From: Eledone cirrhosa
Lineage: Eukaryota
Direction: 5' to 3'
Assembly (NCBI GenBank): GCA_964016885.1
Contig: OZ024754.1
Location: 32,736,001 to 32,800,000 of the forward strand
Length of the DNA stretch: 64,000 bases
The notes under the pieces are model-generated. The model saw only the letters and a program-made list of their open reading frames with translations, made no database searches and was not told where the DNA came from. The position numbers and the translations under genes are program-made. Each line of letters starts with the position of its first letter. Position 1 is the first letter of the stretch. Below, one piece after another: positions 28,545 through 42,870 of this stretch.

Positions 28545-29670
28545 ATGACGGTGGTAGTGGTCGTTGTCGTGGCAGTGGCGGTGGTAGTAGTATCTGTTGT
28601 GGGAGTAGCTATGTCAGTGATGATGTTGATTATTATGAGAGTGGAAGTGGATGTGGTGACAGTGGTCATTGTTGTGGTGATGGTAGTGGTGGTGGTGGTG
28701 GTGGTGGTGGTGGTAGTGGTGGTGGTCGTTGTCGTGGTAGTGGCGGTGGTAGTAGTATCTGTTGTGGGAGTAGCTATGTCAGTGATGATGTTGATTATTA
28801 TGAGAGTGGAAGTGGATGTGGTGACAGTGGTCATTGTTGTGGTGATGGTAGTGGTGGTGGTGGTGGTGGTGGTGGTAGTGGTGGTGGTCGTTGTCGTGGT
28901 AGTGGCGGTGGTAGTAGTATCTGTTGTGGGAGTAGCTATGTCAGTGATGATGTTGATTATTAAGAGAGTGGAAGTGGATGTGGTGACAGTGGTCATTGTT
29001 GTGGTGATGGTAGTGGTGGTGGTGGTGGTGGTGGTGGTAGTGGTGGTGGTCGTTGTCGTGGTAGTGGCGGTGGTAGTAGTATCTGTTGTGGGAGTAGCTA
29101 TGTCAGTGATGATGTTGATTATTAAGAGAGTGGAAGTGGATGTGGTGACAGTGGTCATTGTTGTGGTGATGGTAGTGGTGGTGGTGGTGGTGGTGGTGGT
29201 GGTGGTGGTGGTAGTGGTGGTGGTGGTGGTGGTGGTGGTGGTGGTGGTGGTGGTGGTGGTGGTGGTGGTGGTGGTGATGGTAGTGGTGGTGGTGGTGGTG
29301 GTGGTGGTGGTGGTGGTGGTGGTGGTGATGGTAGTGGTGATGATAGTGGTGGTGGTGGTGGTGATGGTAGTGGTGGTGGTGGTGGTGGTGGTGGTGGTGG
29401 TGGTAGTGGTGGTGGTGGTGGTGGTGGTGGTGGTGGTGGTAGTGGTGGTGGTGGTGATGGTAGTGGTGGTGGTGGTGGTGATGGTAGTGGTGATGGTAGT
29501 GGTGGTGGTGGTGGTGATGGTAGTGGTGGTGGTGGTGGTGGTGGTGGTGGTGGTGGTAGTGGTGGTAGTGGTGGTGGTGGTGGTGGTGGTGGTGGTGGTG
29601 GTGGTAGTGGTGGTGGTGGTGGAGATGGTAGTGGTGGTGGTGGTGGTGGTAGTGGTGGCGGTGGTGGCGG
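28545..29670. repeat. Four tandem ~162-168 bp units followed by a long (GGT)n tract
   Basis: GTAGTATCTGTTGTGGGAGTAGCTATGTCAGTGATG occurs four times. Confidence 0.9.
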
Positions 29671-30011
29671 AAGTATTTGGGATATGGATGAAGGTGTTTA
29701 TGGCGAAGGCAACGAGGGTCAGCGGTGGTGGTAGTGGTGGTGGTAGTGGTAGTAATATTGGTAATAATATCTGTGATGGTAATAATGGTGGAGGCAGCAG
29801 TATGTGTAATGGTGGTGTTGGGGAGACAATCTGCGAGGAAATGAAGCAAGTAATATGGCATGTGTTAACAAGAAAAAATATCTGGGAAAACATTTGGTTG
29901 TATGGTGTGTCTGAATTTGACGGAAGTTGAGAGGAAAGTGTTCGTCCATTTTATGACTGGGGCAGCATTAATTGAATGTAGAGAGAGGAGAGATAAAGAG
30001 TGAAAGAGAAT

Positions 30012-30145
30012 GAGAGGGAGAATGAAAAGTCGAAACAAGAAGAGAGAGGGAGAATGAAAAGTCGAAACAAGAAGAGAGAGGGAGAATGAAAAGTCGAAAC
30101 AAGAAGAGAGAGGGAGAATGAAAAGTCGAAACAAGAAGAGAGAGG
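30012..30145. repeat. 32-bp tandem repeat, about 4 copies
   Basis: GAGAGGGAGAATGAAAAGTCGAAACAAGAAGA. Confidence 0.9.
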
Positions 30146-30443
30146 GAGAGAGAGATAGAGAGGAAAAGAGGGGAGAGAGATGGTGGAGGAGGAATCGAAG
30201 TTAGACCGATGTAAATAGAAAATGACACACACACACACACGTATATAAAATTATCTATATATACATATACAATGTATAAATATATATACATATATATATA
30301 TATATGTATATGTAAAAGTTATATTTAATTTGTTGGGATACAACAAGCAAATATTTCTATAACTGATATAAAGCACTCAACAAATTTTTGGAGTAAAAAT
30401 ACAATATATTAATAAATGGAAACTATATTTATAAAACCATATT

Positions 30444-30508
30444 TATTTCATTATACATATTTCAAGAACACCAAAGCAAATTATGGTGCGCTTTCATCAG
30501 ATAAAATA
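30444..30508 (-). ncRNA. Hammerhead ribozyme (Naiad family)
   Basis: Intact CUGAUGA/GAAA/UA core; stems as at 21914. Confidence 0.8.
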
Positions 30509-30626
30509 TAATATAGATCAGTTTTATAAACAAATATTGACATACCCTTAAAAGAACATGGTCGCATTCTTTTAAGGGTATGTCAATATTTGTTTATAAA
30601 ACTGATCTATATATATATCTATATTA

Positions 30627-30691
30627 TATTTTATCTGATGAAACCGCACCATAATTTGCTTTGGTGTCCTTGAAATATGTATAATGAAATA
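30627..30691 (+). ncRNA. Hammerhead ribozyme (Naiad family)
   Basis: Intact core; two C.C mismatches in stem II. Confidence 0.7.
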
Positions 30692-30729
30692 AATATGGTT
30701 TTATAAATATAGTTTCCATTTATTGATAT

Positions 30730-30781
<52 letters not shown>

Positions 30782-31250
30782 AGTTTGAAGAATAGTCAGG
30801 CAAAATTTACTCAATTTTCCTTCTTAGTCCGTAGATATTAACCAGATAAATAATCATTTAAACGGAGTTAAGTATAAAATGTAACTTTGAAGAAATAACA
30901 GATAAATGAGGACAGATTTATGAGGAACAGTCAGATAAAATTCACCTAATCTTTCCTCTTAGTCCGTAGAAATTTAACTAGACAAATAATCAATTAAATG
31001 GAGCTCAGTTTAAAATGTCTGTGTATTATGTGTATGGGATCAGGAACTACGGTCCCAGTTGTATCTATCGGCTACAAGAAGCAAGAGAGAGGCAAGCATT
31101 ATCAAACACATACAAGCAAGGTTGTCCAGTAATCCTTAACATTGCACCATTCTGTGGACCTGCTTGCAAATTATTGGCAGGACCAAGGTGTCATATCCTC
31201 AACATTCATACTGAATCAACTGAATAGGTCGCTTGGATCCTCATACGTCG

Positions 31251-31333
<83 letters not shown>

Positions 31334-31366
31334 CACTGTCTCTTTCACACACAAACACACAAAAAC

Positions 31367-34300
31367 ACACACCATCGCCTCTACTAACATATACACCGTT
31401 ACTATCGTGACCCCAGCACCCAAACTCTAAAACACTCACCATCGCCTCTACTAATACACCGTTACTATCGTGACCCCAACACCCAACCACTAAAACACAC
31501 ACCATCGCTTCTACTAACATATACACCGTTACTATCGTGACCCCAACACCCAACCACTAAAACACACACCATCGCTTCTACTAACATATATTACCGTTAC
31601 TATCGTGACCCCAACACCCAACCACTAAAACACACACCATCGCTTCTACTAACATATACACCGTTACTATCGTGACCCCAACACCCAACCACTAAAACAC
31701 ACACCATCGCCTCTACTAACATATACACCGTTACTATCGTGACCCCAACACCCAACCACTAAAACACACACCATCGCTTCTACTAACATATACACCGTTA
31801 CTATCGTGACCCCAACACCCAACCACTAAAACACACACCATCGCCTCTACTAATACACCGTTACTATCGTGACCCCAACACCCAACCACTAAAACACACA
31901 CCATCGCCTCTACTAACATATACACCGTTACTATCGTGACCCCAACACCCAACCACTAAAACACACACCATCGCTTCTACTAACATATACACCGTTACTA
32001 TCGTGACCCCAACACCCAACCACTAAAACACACACCATCGCCTCTACTAACATATACACCGTTACTATCGTGACCCCAACACCCAACCACTAAAACACAC
32101 ACCATCGCTTCTACTAACATATACACCGTTACTATCGTGACCCCAACACCCAACCACTAAAACACACACCATCGCCTCTACTAACATATACACCGTTACT
32201 ATCGTGACCCCAACATCCAACCACTAAAACACACACCATCGCTTCTACTAACATATACACCGTTACTATCGTGACCCCAACACCCAACCACTAAAACACA
32301 CACCATCGCCTCTACTAATACACCGTTACTATCGTGACCCCAACACCCAACCACTAAAACACACACCATCGCCTCTACTAACATATACACCGTTACTATC
32401 GTGACCCCAACACCCAACCACTAAAACACACACCATCGCTTCTACTAACATATACACCGTTACTATCGTGACCCCAACACCCAACCACTAAAACACACAC
32501 CATCGCTTCTACTAACATATACACCGTTACTATCGTGACCCCAACACCCAACCACTAAAACACACACCATCGCTTCTACTAACATATACACCGTTTCTAT
32601 CGTGACCCCAACACCCAACCACTAAAACACACACCATCGCCTCTACTAACATATACACCGTTACTATCGTGACCCCAACACCCAACCACTAAAACACACA
32701 CCATCGCTTCTACTAACATATACACCGTTACTATCGTGACCCCAACACCCAACCACTAAAACACACACCATCGCCTCTACTAACATATACACCGTTACTA
32801 TCGTGACCCCAACACCCAACCACTAAAACACACACCATCGCTTCTACTAACATATACACCGTTACTATCGTGACCCCAACACCCAACCACTAAAACACAC
32901 ACCATCGCCTCTACTAACATATACACCGTTACTATCGTGACCCCAACATCCAACCACTAAAACACACACCATCGCTTCTACTAACATATACACCGTTACT
33001 ATCGTGACCCCAACACCCAACCACTAAAACACACACCATCGCCTCTACTAATACACCGTTACTATCGTGACCCCAACACCCAACCACTAAAACACACACC
33101 ATCGCCTCTACTAACATATACACCGTTACTATCGTGACCCCAACACCCAACCACTAAAACACACACCATCGCTTCTACTAACATATACACCGCTACTATC
33201 GTGACCCCAACACCCAACCACTAAAACACACACCATCGCTTCTACTAACATATACACCGTTACTATCGTGACCCCAACACCCAACCACTAAAACACACAC
33301 CATCGCTTCTACTAACATATACACCGTTACTATCGTGACCCCAACACCCAACCACTAAAACACACACCATCGCCTCTACTAATACACCGTTACTATCGTG
33401 ACCCCAACACCCAACCACTAAAACACACACCATCGCCTCTACTAACATATACACCGTTACTATCGTGACCCCAACACCCAACCACTAAAACACACACCAT
33501 CGCTTCTACTAACATATACACCGTTACTATCGTGACCCCAACACCCAACCACTAAAACACACACCATCGCCTCTACTAACATATATACCGTTACTATCGT
33601 GACCCCAACACCCAACCACTAAAACACACACCATCGCTTCTACTAACATATACACCGTTACTATCGTGACCCCAACATCCAACCACTAAAACACACACCA
33701 TCGCTTCTACTAACAAATACACCGTTACTATCGTGACCCCAACACCCAACCACTAAAACACACACCATCGCCTCTACTAACATATATACCGTTACTATCG
33801 TGACCCCAACACCCAACCACTAAAACACACACCATCGCTTCTACTAACATATACACCGTTACTATCGTGACCCCAACACCCAACCACTAAAACACACACC
33901 ATCGCTTCTACTAACATATACACCGTTACTATCGTGACCCCAACACCCAACCACTAAAACACACACCATCGCCTCTACTAACATATACACCGTTACTATC
34001 GTGACCCCAACACCCAACCACTAAAACACACACCATCGCCTCTACTAACATATACACCGTTACTATCGTGACCCCAACACCCAACCACTAAAACACACAC
34101 CATCGCTTCTACTAACATATACACCGTTACTATCGTGACCCCAACACCCAACCACTAAAACACACACCATCGCCTCTACTAACATATATACCGTTACTAT
34201 CGTGACCCAAACACCCAACCACTAAAACACACACCATCGCTTCTACTAACATATATACCGTTACTATCGTGACCCAAACACCCAACCACTAAAACACACA

Positions 34301-35195
34301 CCATCGCTTCTACTAACATATACACCGTTACTATCGTGACCCCAACACCCAACCACTAAAACACACACCATCGCCTCTACTAACATATACACCGTTACTA
34401 TCGTGACCCCAACACCCAACCACTAAAACACACACCATCGCTTCTACTAACATATACACCGTTACTATCGTGACCCCAACACCCAACCACTAAAACACAC
34501 ACCATCGCCTCTACTAACATATACGCCGTTACTATCGTGACCCCAACACCCAACCACTAAAACACACACCATCGCCTCTACTAACATATACACCGTTACT
34601 ATCGTGACCCCAACACCCAACCACTAAAACACACACCATCGCCTCTACTAACATATACACCGTTACTATCGTGACCCCAACACCCAACCACTAAAACACA
34701 CACCATCGCTTCTACTAACATATACACCGTTACTATCGTGACCCCAACACCCAACCACTAAAACACACACCATCGCCTCTACTAACATATATACCGTTAC
34801 TATCGTGACCCAAACACCCAACCACTAAAACACACACCATCGCTTCTACTAACATATATACCGTTACTATCGTGACCCAAACACCCAACCACTAAAACAC
34901 ACACCATCGCTTCTACTAACATATACACCGTTACTATCGTGACCCCAACACCCAACCACTAAAACACACACCATCGCCTCTACTAACATATACGCCGTTA
35001 CTATCGTGACCCCAACACCCAACCACTAAAACACACACCATCGCCTCTACTAACATATACGCCGTTACTATCGTGACCCCAACACCCAACCACTAAAACA
35101 CACACCATCGCCTCTACTAACATATACACCGTTACTATCGTGACCCCAACACCCAACCACTAAAACACACACCATCGCCTCTACTAACATATACG
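31367..35195. repeat. 67-bp satellite, about 57 copies, with 63-bp deletion variants
   Basis: Unit CACACACCATCGCYTCTACTAACATATACACCGTTACTATCGTGACCCCAACACCCAACCACTAAAA. Confidence 0.97.
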
Positions 35196-35333
35196 CTGCA
35201 CCTAATTAATGTCTAATATTGGCCAATATCACCAAAACATTTTTCTATTTGTCAGACTTAAAGCAATTCTAGAATATTAATAATAATTAGCCACAACATA
35301 AAGGGCTTTTAATTTTAAAAAATGTAAATTTAA

Positions 35334-35334
<1 letters not shown>

Positions 35335-35411
<77 letters not shown>

Positions 35412-36900
35412 CCTACCTACCTGCATATCTATCTATCTATCTATATATCTATCTATCTGTCTGTCTGTGTGTACGTGTTTGTGTGATTGATAGCTGCTAG
35501 TGTCTTTGTGTATATTGCGATGACAAAGATGATGACGACAATGATGATGAAAACGATGATGATGACGATGATGATTATGACAAAGATGATGATGATAATG
35601 ATGATGATGATGATGATAATGACAAAGATAATGATGATAATGATGATGATGAGAAGGATGATGATGACACACAAAAAAGACAAAAAAATATAAAGGGATA
35701 AAAATCAAATATATCGTAATTTTCCAATAAAGTTCAAACGATCGAAAACATTAGATTTAATTTCTATTTATTCCGTTATAATACCGCAACCTCCTCCCCG
35801 CCATCATAACAGCATCACCTTCACCACCCGCAGTAACCCTACATCCTCCCCGCCATCATAACAGCATCACTACCTGCATTACACCACCATCTATATACCA
35901 GCATTGCACCAACACCACTACCACCAACATCATTGCACCACCAGCACCACCACTACCAACACCAGCATCATGCTGCAATCAAGATTACACCACCACCACC
36001 ATCTCCAACAACATTACACCAACACCATTACCATCACCATCATAACACCAACGCCATTACACCATTACACCACCAACACCACCATTACCACCATCATTAC
36101 ACCACCACTACCACCATCACCATCATTACACCAATACCATCTCCACCAGCACCATCATTACTCCACAAATACCACCACTACCACCACTACCACCATCATT
36201 ACACCACCACTACCACCATTACACCACCAACACCGCAATCACCACCAACACCACCATCACCACCATCACCACCACCATTAGACCATTACACCACAACACC
36301 ACCATCACCACCAACACCACCAGCATTACACCACAACACCACCATCACTACCATCACCACCAGCATTACACCACAACACCACTATCATCACCATCATCAC
36401 ACCACCATCACCACCACCATCACCACCACTCTCACCACCATTCTCACCATCATTACACCACTATTACCACCAGCATCAAACCCTCCCACCATCACCATCA
36501 TCACCACCATCATCACACCACCATTACCACCAGCATTACATCACTATCACCACCATCATCACACCAGCATCACACCACCATTACCACCAGCATGAACACC
36601 CCCACCACCAGCAGCATCACACCACATCCACGGCCAGCATCACACCACCATCACTGCCAGCACCACCAGCATTACATCACTATCACCACCAGCATCCCAC
36701 CACCATCACACCACCAGCATCACACCACCATTACCACCAGCATCACACCACCATTACCACCAGCATTACACCACCAGCATTACACCACCAGCACCTCCCG
36801 CATTATACGACCATCAGCACCATCATGAACACCCCACTATCACTAACCGTACGGCACTATCATCACCTCTCCAGCCGCTTTACAACAACATCACACCTCC
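35335..36900. repeat. (CTAT)n, (GAT)n and degenerate (CAC/CAT)n low-complexity DNA
   Basis: Read directly. Confidence 0.9.
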
Positions 36901-37328
36901 ACATATTTTACACCATCACTATCGCTAACCCCAACCATTGCAAAAACAAATTCAACAAAATAAAAACAAAGAAAAAGCAATATAAAATAGAAAAATCAAA
37001 GGAACTAATAAATAAATAATTAAAAAGATATAAAAAATATATAAATATAAATTTAAATTAAATCAATAAAAACTACTAAAGATAACACAATAAAAAAATT
37101 AAACAAAGCAACAACAAAATCCATCGACAGCCTGAAGAGAATATGAGAAGCGAAACCGAAACGCTTCGATGTGCATCTGCCTGTGACAGATGGATGAGGA
37201 TTTTTCACAGCGTGATTGAAGTTAAACATGCATCGTTGCAGTTTAGTAACTCTGTCATACTGATATTTAGAAATCAAAATCAATAAATGATTTTAAATAA
37301 TAACAACAACAACAACAACAACAACAAC

Positions 37329-37388
<60 letters not shown>

Positions 37389-37889
37389 CATTGCCAGAAC
37401 AACAACAACAACAACACCAGCAACAACAACAATGATTTCTTTATTGGCCACTGGGGCTGAAAACATTAAGGACAATACAAATAATGAAGGACAGTGGGGA
37501 TTTAGATAAAACGAGTAAAGAAGAAAAAGAGAAAGAAAAAAGAGGTTACAACATAACAGTAAATGTCTCTCACACATTACACACCCTAGACAATAAACAA
37601 CACAAAATAATAATAAATAAAAACATGTAACATATTCTCTACACGATTAATACTCAATAAAATAACACAATTGACATCACACATACCACACACAGCACAA
37701 CAAACATTACAATTGCTGGAGAAACAACAAGTTAAATCCTATAACAAAACAAGTCTGATGCCGTACATTAATGGTAAGAGGTTATACTCTCGCCACAACC
37801 CAATCCTATAATACCCCACACCCCTCGGGGGTAGAAAGATGCAGCTGGTGATGGAGAAGAAACTCACATGACACTGGCGAAGAAATTAT

Positions 37890-38625
37890 AATAATAATTT
37901 CTAATTTAGACACAAGGTTAAACAGTTTATGATGAGGGGGTACAGGTACGTTATTTTATCAACCCCGTAAGGGGGAAAAGCAAAGCTAACCTCGGTGGGA
38001 ATTGATCACAGAACCTAAAGGGACAAAGTTATATGCTGCAAATCGTGTTGTCTGGCGCTCTACCGATTCTGCTAATCTCACACCCTTTTTAATAATTGTT
38101 TCTAATTTAGGCACAAGGCCAGCAATTACCCAGTAGATTACTGGTACTTTATTTTATCGACCCCGTAAGGATGAAAGGCAAAGTCAACCTCGGCGGGATT
38201 TGAACTCAGACCGTAAAGGGACGTAACTATGCTGGAAAGCATGGCGTCCGACTCTCTACCGATACTGCCAATCCACCGCCACACCCTTTTTAATAATGGT
38301 TTCTGATTTTGGTAAAACGCCAGCAATTTGGGGGAAGGGAAAGTCGGTTAAATCGACCCCAGTGCATTACTGGTGAAAAAGTTGAACTCGGCGGGATTTG
38401 AACTCCGAACGTAAAAACTCGTAACTAAAATAACACAAATAATTTTATCCGACGCTCTAACGACTCTGCCAATCCACCACCATAATGGTTCCTAATTTAG
38501 GTCCCATGTTCTTGGAAGGGGAATGTCGATTATATAGATACCAGTACGTTACTAGTACTTTATTTATCGACCCCGTAGGTCGTAACATAAGACTAACAAA
38601 TCATTTTTGCCGGCGATGTAATGAC
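37890..38625 (-). mobile_element. Cluster of four same-orientation family A SINEs; the youngest (38097-38279) has an 18-bp TSD
   Basis: TSD CACACCCTTTTTAATAAT at 38079-38096 and 38280-38297. Confidence 0.85.
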
Positions 38626-38854
38626 TCTACAAATAGAACATAATAGTAATTACGTTAACGATAATGATAATCATTCTACTAAATAAGATGATGATGACGT
38701 GGATGATGATGATGATGGTGGTGAAAAGGAAGACGAAACGGGTGAAGGGAAAATAATTAGTTTTCAATGAAACATTAAACTCGATAAATATTAATAATTT
38801 AATTGATGAAAAATTATCTACATTTATTTTGGAAAACATTTTTAAGGATGTAGG

Positions 38855-38856
<2 letters not shown>

Positions 38857-38893
<37 letters not shown>

Positions 38894-38921
38894 ATTCAGC
38901 CATGTAGAGAGATAAACGATT

Positions 38922-38994
<73 letters not shown>

Positions 38995-39269
38995 TTTATT
39001 AAAATAATAATTTATTATTATTACTATATATATATATATATATATATATACACTATATATATACTATATATATACTATATATATACTATATATATACTAT
39101 ATATATACTAAATATATATATATATATATATACTATATATATACTATATATATACTAAATATATATATATATATATACTATATATATACTATATATATAC
39201 TATATATATGTATATATATATACTAAATATATATATATATATATATACTATATATATACTATATATATG

Positions 39270-39320
<51 letters not shown>

Positions 39321-39360
39321 TGTGTGCGTGCGCGCGTGTGTGTGTATATATATATGTATA

Positions 39361-39412
<52 letters not shown>

Positions 39413-39713
39413 TATATATGTGTGTGCGTTTGTGTGTGAAACGTTTGTATGTTTATATGTCCATATGTATCCCGCCCACCCACCCCTGATTCAGTAGGGG
39501 TGTATTAGCATGTGTAAATGTTATACTAGATGTGTCTGTGTGTTAGATTAAGTATATGTCTGCGTGTGTGTCTGCGTGTGTTATACGAAGTATGTGCGTC
39601 TGTGTATGTTATAGTGAATATGTATGTGTGCGTTCGTGGGTGATTGCAATTAAAAATTTCCATTTTATTAAATTTGCGTTGGGGTTATCATACGTTTACT
39701 TCCCCACGAGATT

Positions 39714-39777
<64 letters not shown>

Positions 39778-39908
39778 CTGTGTGTGTGACTGTGTGTGTG
39801 TGTGTGTATATAGGGTTGTGTGTGTGTGTATATATATAGGTGTGTGAGTGAGTGTGTGTATATGTGTGTATGTGTGTCTGAGTGTGTGTGTGTGTGTGGT
39901 GTATGTGT

Positions 39909-39959
<51 letters not shown>

Positions 39960-40375
39960 TGTGTGTATGTGTGTGTGTGTGACTGTGTGTGACTGTGTGT
40001 GTGTGTGTGTGTATATAGGGTTGGGTGTGTGTATATATAGGTGTGTGAGTGAGTGTGTGTATATGTGTGTGTGAGTGTGTCTGAGTGTGTGTGTGTGTGT
40101 GCGTGCCTATATAGTTACTATATATATCCCAACCTCTCTTGACAGGATGAACATAAAATTAATTCTACACACACACATATATAGTGAGACAAACATACAC
40201 ACACACACTCACATGAATACACACACATACACACACGAATATACACACACACGAGTATATACGCACACAGTCAAATATATATACATACATAGACACATGA
40301 ATATATATATACACACACACACACGCACTCACACACACACATACATATGTATGTATATACATGTATGTATACAAT
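38857..40375. repeat. (TA)n, (TATATATAC)n and (TG/CA)n microsatellite field
   Basis: Read directly. Confidence 0.9.
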
Positions 40376-40622
40376 ATATTCATCTACATATCACCGGACA
40401 TTTATATATTTATCCAATCCATTCGTGCGTTAAGAAATAAAATTTTACCATCATTCTCGCTCAGATGTTTTTTGTCTTTTTTTTTATGTAGAAAAGATAA
40501 TTACTTATGTTTGGCTTTGGGAGGGGAAGTAAACAAGGCGGTGTTGTGACATTCATGCGCTAGTTTTTCCAAACGCATTAGAAGCGTCAATATATCAATA
40601 CATCAATATGTATGTGTGTGTG

Positions 40623-40661
<39 letters not shown>

Positions 40662-40665
<4 letters not shown>

Positions 40666-40802
40666 CGAAGGAAATGTGGTAAGGAACCAGGTGGACCATA
40701 ACGCACCAAAGTACTCAATACTTAGGGTAGTAGAGTGGGTAATAGGAACAAGTAAGACCCCGACGGCTGAGCTCAAGCCGTCGGAGTCTTACTTGTTCCT
40801 AT
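40662..40802. mobile_element. Fold-back family P copy (turns at GAGCTC), in (TA)n
   Basis: Homologous to 41771-41890, then inverted around TGAGCTCA. Confidence 0.8.
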
Positions 40803-40817
40803 ATATATATATATATA

Positions 40818-41030
40818 AGCGTGTGGCTGAGTGGTTAGAGAATTGGATTCGCAATCGTAAGGTTGTGAGTTCGATTCCTGGACCAGGCGATGCGTTATGT
40901 CCTTGAGCAAGACACTTTATTTCACGTTACTCCTTCTATCTGGAGTTGCGACCGATAGATAGTATTAGCAATTGGAAAGACCAACGGAAACATTGTTCCC
41001 TCGGTCCGATTTGACGAAAGTCGATCGTTC
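40818..41030 (+). mobile_element. Family B SINE (tRNA head, CORE-like)
   Basis: A box TGGCTGAGTGG, B box GTTCGATTCC, TGTCCTTGAGCAAGACACTT; near-identical to 42661-42870. Confidence 0.85.
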
Positions 41031-41033
41031 TTT

Positions 41034-41077
<44 letters not shown>

Positions 41078-41281
41078 CATGCGTTAGTTTTTCCAAACGC
41101 ATTAGAAGCGTAAATATATCAATACATCAATATGTATATATATATATATATTATATATATATATTGATGTATTGATATATTTACGCTTATATAAATGTGT
41201 GTAAATGTATTTTAACAGCTTGCTTCTCTTTCATCAACTTCTTCGATTATATATAACCACAAACCCTCCATCTCAACTCTA

Positions 41282-41317
41282 CTTTTGAAAAGCAGAAGAA
41301 CTGCGAAACCGGTAAAG
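41282..41317 (+). ncRNA. Variant hammerhead motif with U3-A8 covariation
   Basis: CUU UUGAAAA GCAG-AAGAA-CUGC GAAA CCGG UA AAG; a decayed homolog lies at ~16856-16891. Confidence 0.6.
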
Positions 41318-41457
41318 GAACCAAATCAATATATATATTTAAAAAAAAAATAACTCCAGTTGTATTTTCGATTTCATCTTTATTCCTTATACTTTCACTC
41401 GTGTAGGACACCTCGGTTATTTTTTTTCATTTTGTTAAAAGAAAACTCACTTTCTAA

Positions 41458-41567
<110 letters not shown>

Positions 41568-41770
41568 AAAGAATAGATATATATATATATATGTACATAT
41601 GAGTGGGTTTACCGAACATTTATTATAATGTTCGGTTTGTTTGTAAACAAACAGCCCGAATTAAGCTGTACAGTGTTCGGCAACCATCATCGCCCTTTTG
41701 TTCAACACTGACGGGAAGGTAAACCTACATTAACTGGACGTTACAGTCCCTATATATATATATATATATA

Positions 41771-42070
41771 TAACGAAGGAGGTGTGGTAAGGAACCAGAT
41801 GGACCATAACCCACCAGAGTACTCAATACTTAGTGTACTAGAGTGGGTAATAGGAAAATGTATGACCCCGACGGCAGAGCTCAAGCCGTTTCGACGGCTA
41901 TATGTCCAGAAATAACCGTCCAGAAATATTTCTGGACATATAGCCGTCGAAACGGCTTGAGCTCTGCCGTCGGGGTCATACATTTTCCTATTACCCACTC
42001 TAGTATCCTAAGTATTGAGTACTCTGGTGCGTTATGGTCCATCTGGTTCCTTACCACACCTCCTTCGTTA
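41771..42070. mobile_element. ~300-bp near-perfect palindrome (family P) in (TA)n, carrying the 3' half of an HHR on each arm
   Basis: Arms are reverse complements; GAAA CGGC-UUGAGCUCU-GCCG UC GGGGUC at 41949-41977. Confidence 0.85.
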
Positions 42071-42474
42071 TATATATATATATATATATATATAAATATA
42101 AGTATGTATACGTACATACATATATGTATACAGACGTACAGCAGTATGTATATACATACATACATGCACATATATATATATATATGTACATATGGCTTTA
42201 CCGAACATTTATTATAATGTTCAGTTTGTTTGTAAACAAACAGCCCGAATTAAGCTGTACAGTGTTCGGCAACCATCGTTGCCCTTTTGTTCAACACTGA
42301 CAAAGGAACGATGAACTAGTTTCTAGCTTATTAGCTGTCATTAGAACCGTATAGTCAGTCAGTCAGTTGAACATTTGAAAGTATACACTTTCCTTATGCA
42401 TATTAATGGCTGAGCAACCTAATTTGCGTTTTCGGTACGCCCAGCCGACTAACTCACTCGATATGCAAATTAGG

Positions 42475-42605
42475 CCCTTTATGGTCTGAGTTCAAATCCT
42501 GCCAAAGTTAACTTTGCCTTTCATCCTTACGGGGTCGATAAAATAAAGTACCAGTAATGTACTGGGTAATTGCTGGCCTTGTGCCAAAAGTAGAAACAAT
42601 TATAT
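42475..42605 (+). mobile_element. 5'-truncated family A SINE
   Basis: GAGTTCAAATCC...GTAGAAACAATTA. Confidence 0.85.
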
Positions 42606-42660
42606 AATATTATATACCATTGAAGGCGTAAGTAATTATATAATATTATATACCAGTGAA

Positions 42661-42870
42661 GGCGTGTGGCTGAGTGGTTAGAGAACTGGATTCGCAATCG
42701 TGAAGTTGTGAGTTCGATTCCTGGACCGGGCGATGCATTATGTCCTTGAGCAAGACACTTTATTTCACGTTGCTCCTTCTACCTGGAGTTGCGACCGATA
42801 GATAGTATTAGCAATTGGAAAGACCAATGGAAACACTGTTTCCTCGGTCCGATTTGACGAAAGTCGATTG
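42661..42870 (+). mobile_element. Family B SINE
   Basis: As at 40818. Confidence 0.85.

Larger units (their letters stand above)
30310..30736. mobile_element. Fold-back mini-element made of two inverted termini of the Naiad PLE, in (TA)n
   Basis: Arms ~30310-30556 and ~30567-30736 are homologous to 21870-22110. Confidence 0.85.

Noticed and set aside
31367-35195. 67-bp array (and the 109-bp array) as CRISPR
   Set aside because: No unique spacers, no cas genes, and eukaryotic context
37120-37185. CTGAAGA...GAAACGCTT after an A-rich tract
   Set aside because: No convincing stem II and no stem I adjacent to the core; at best a decayed HHR
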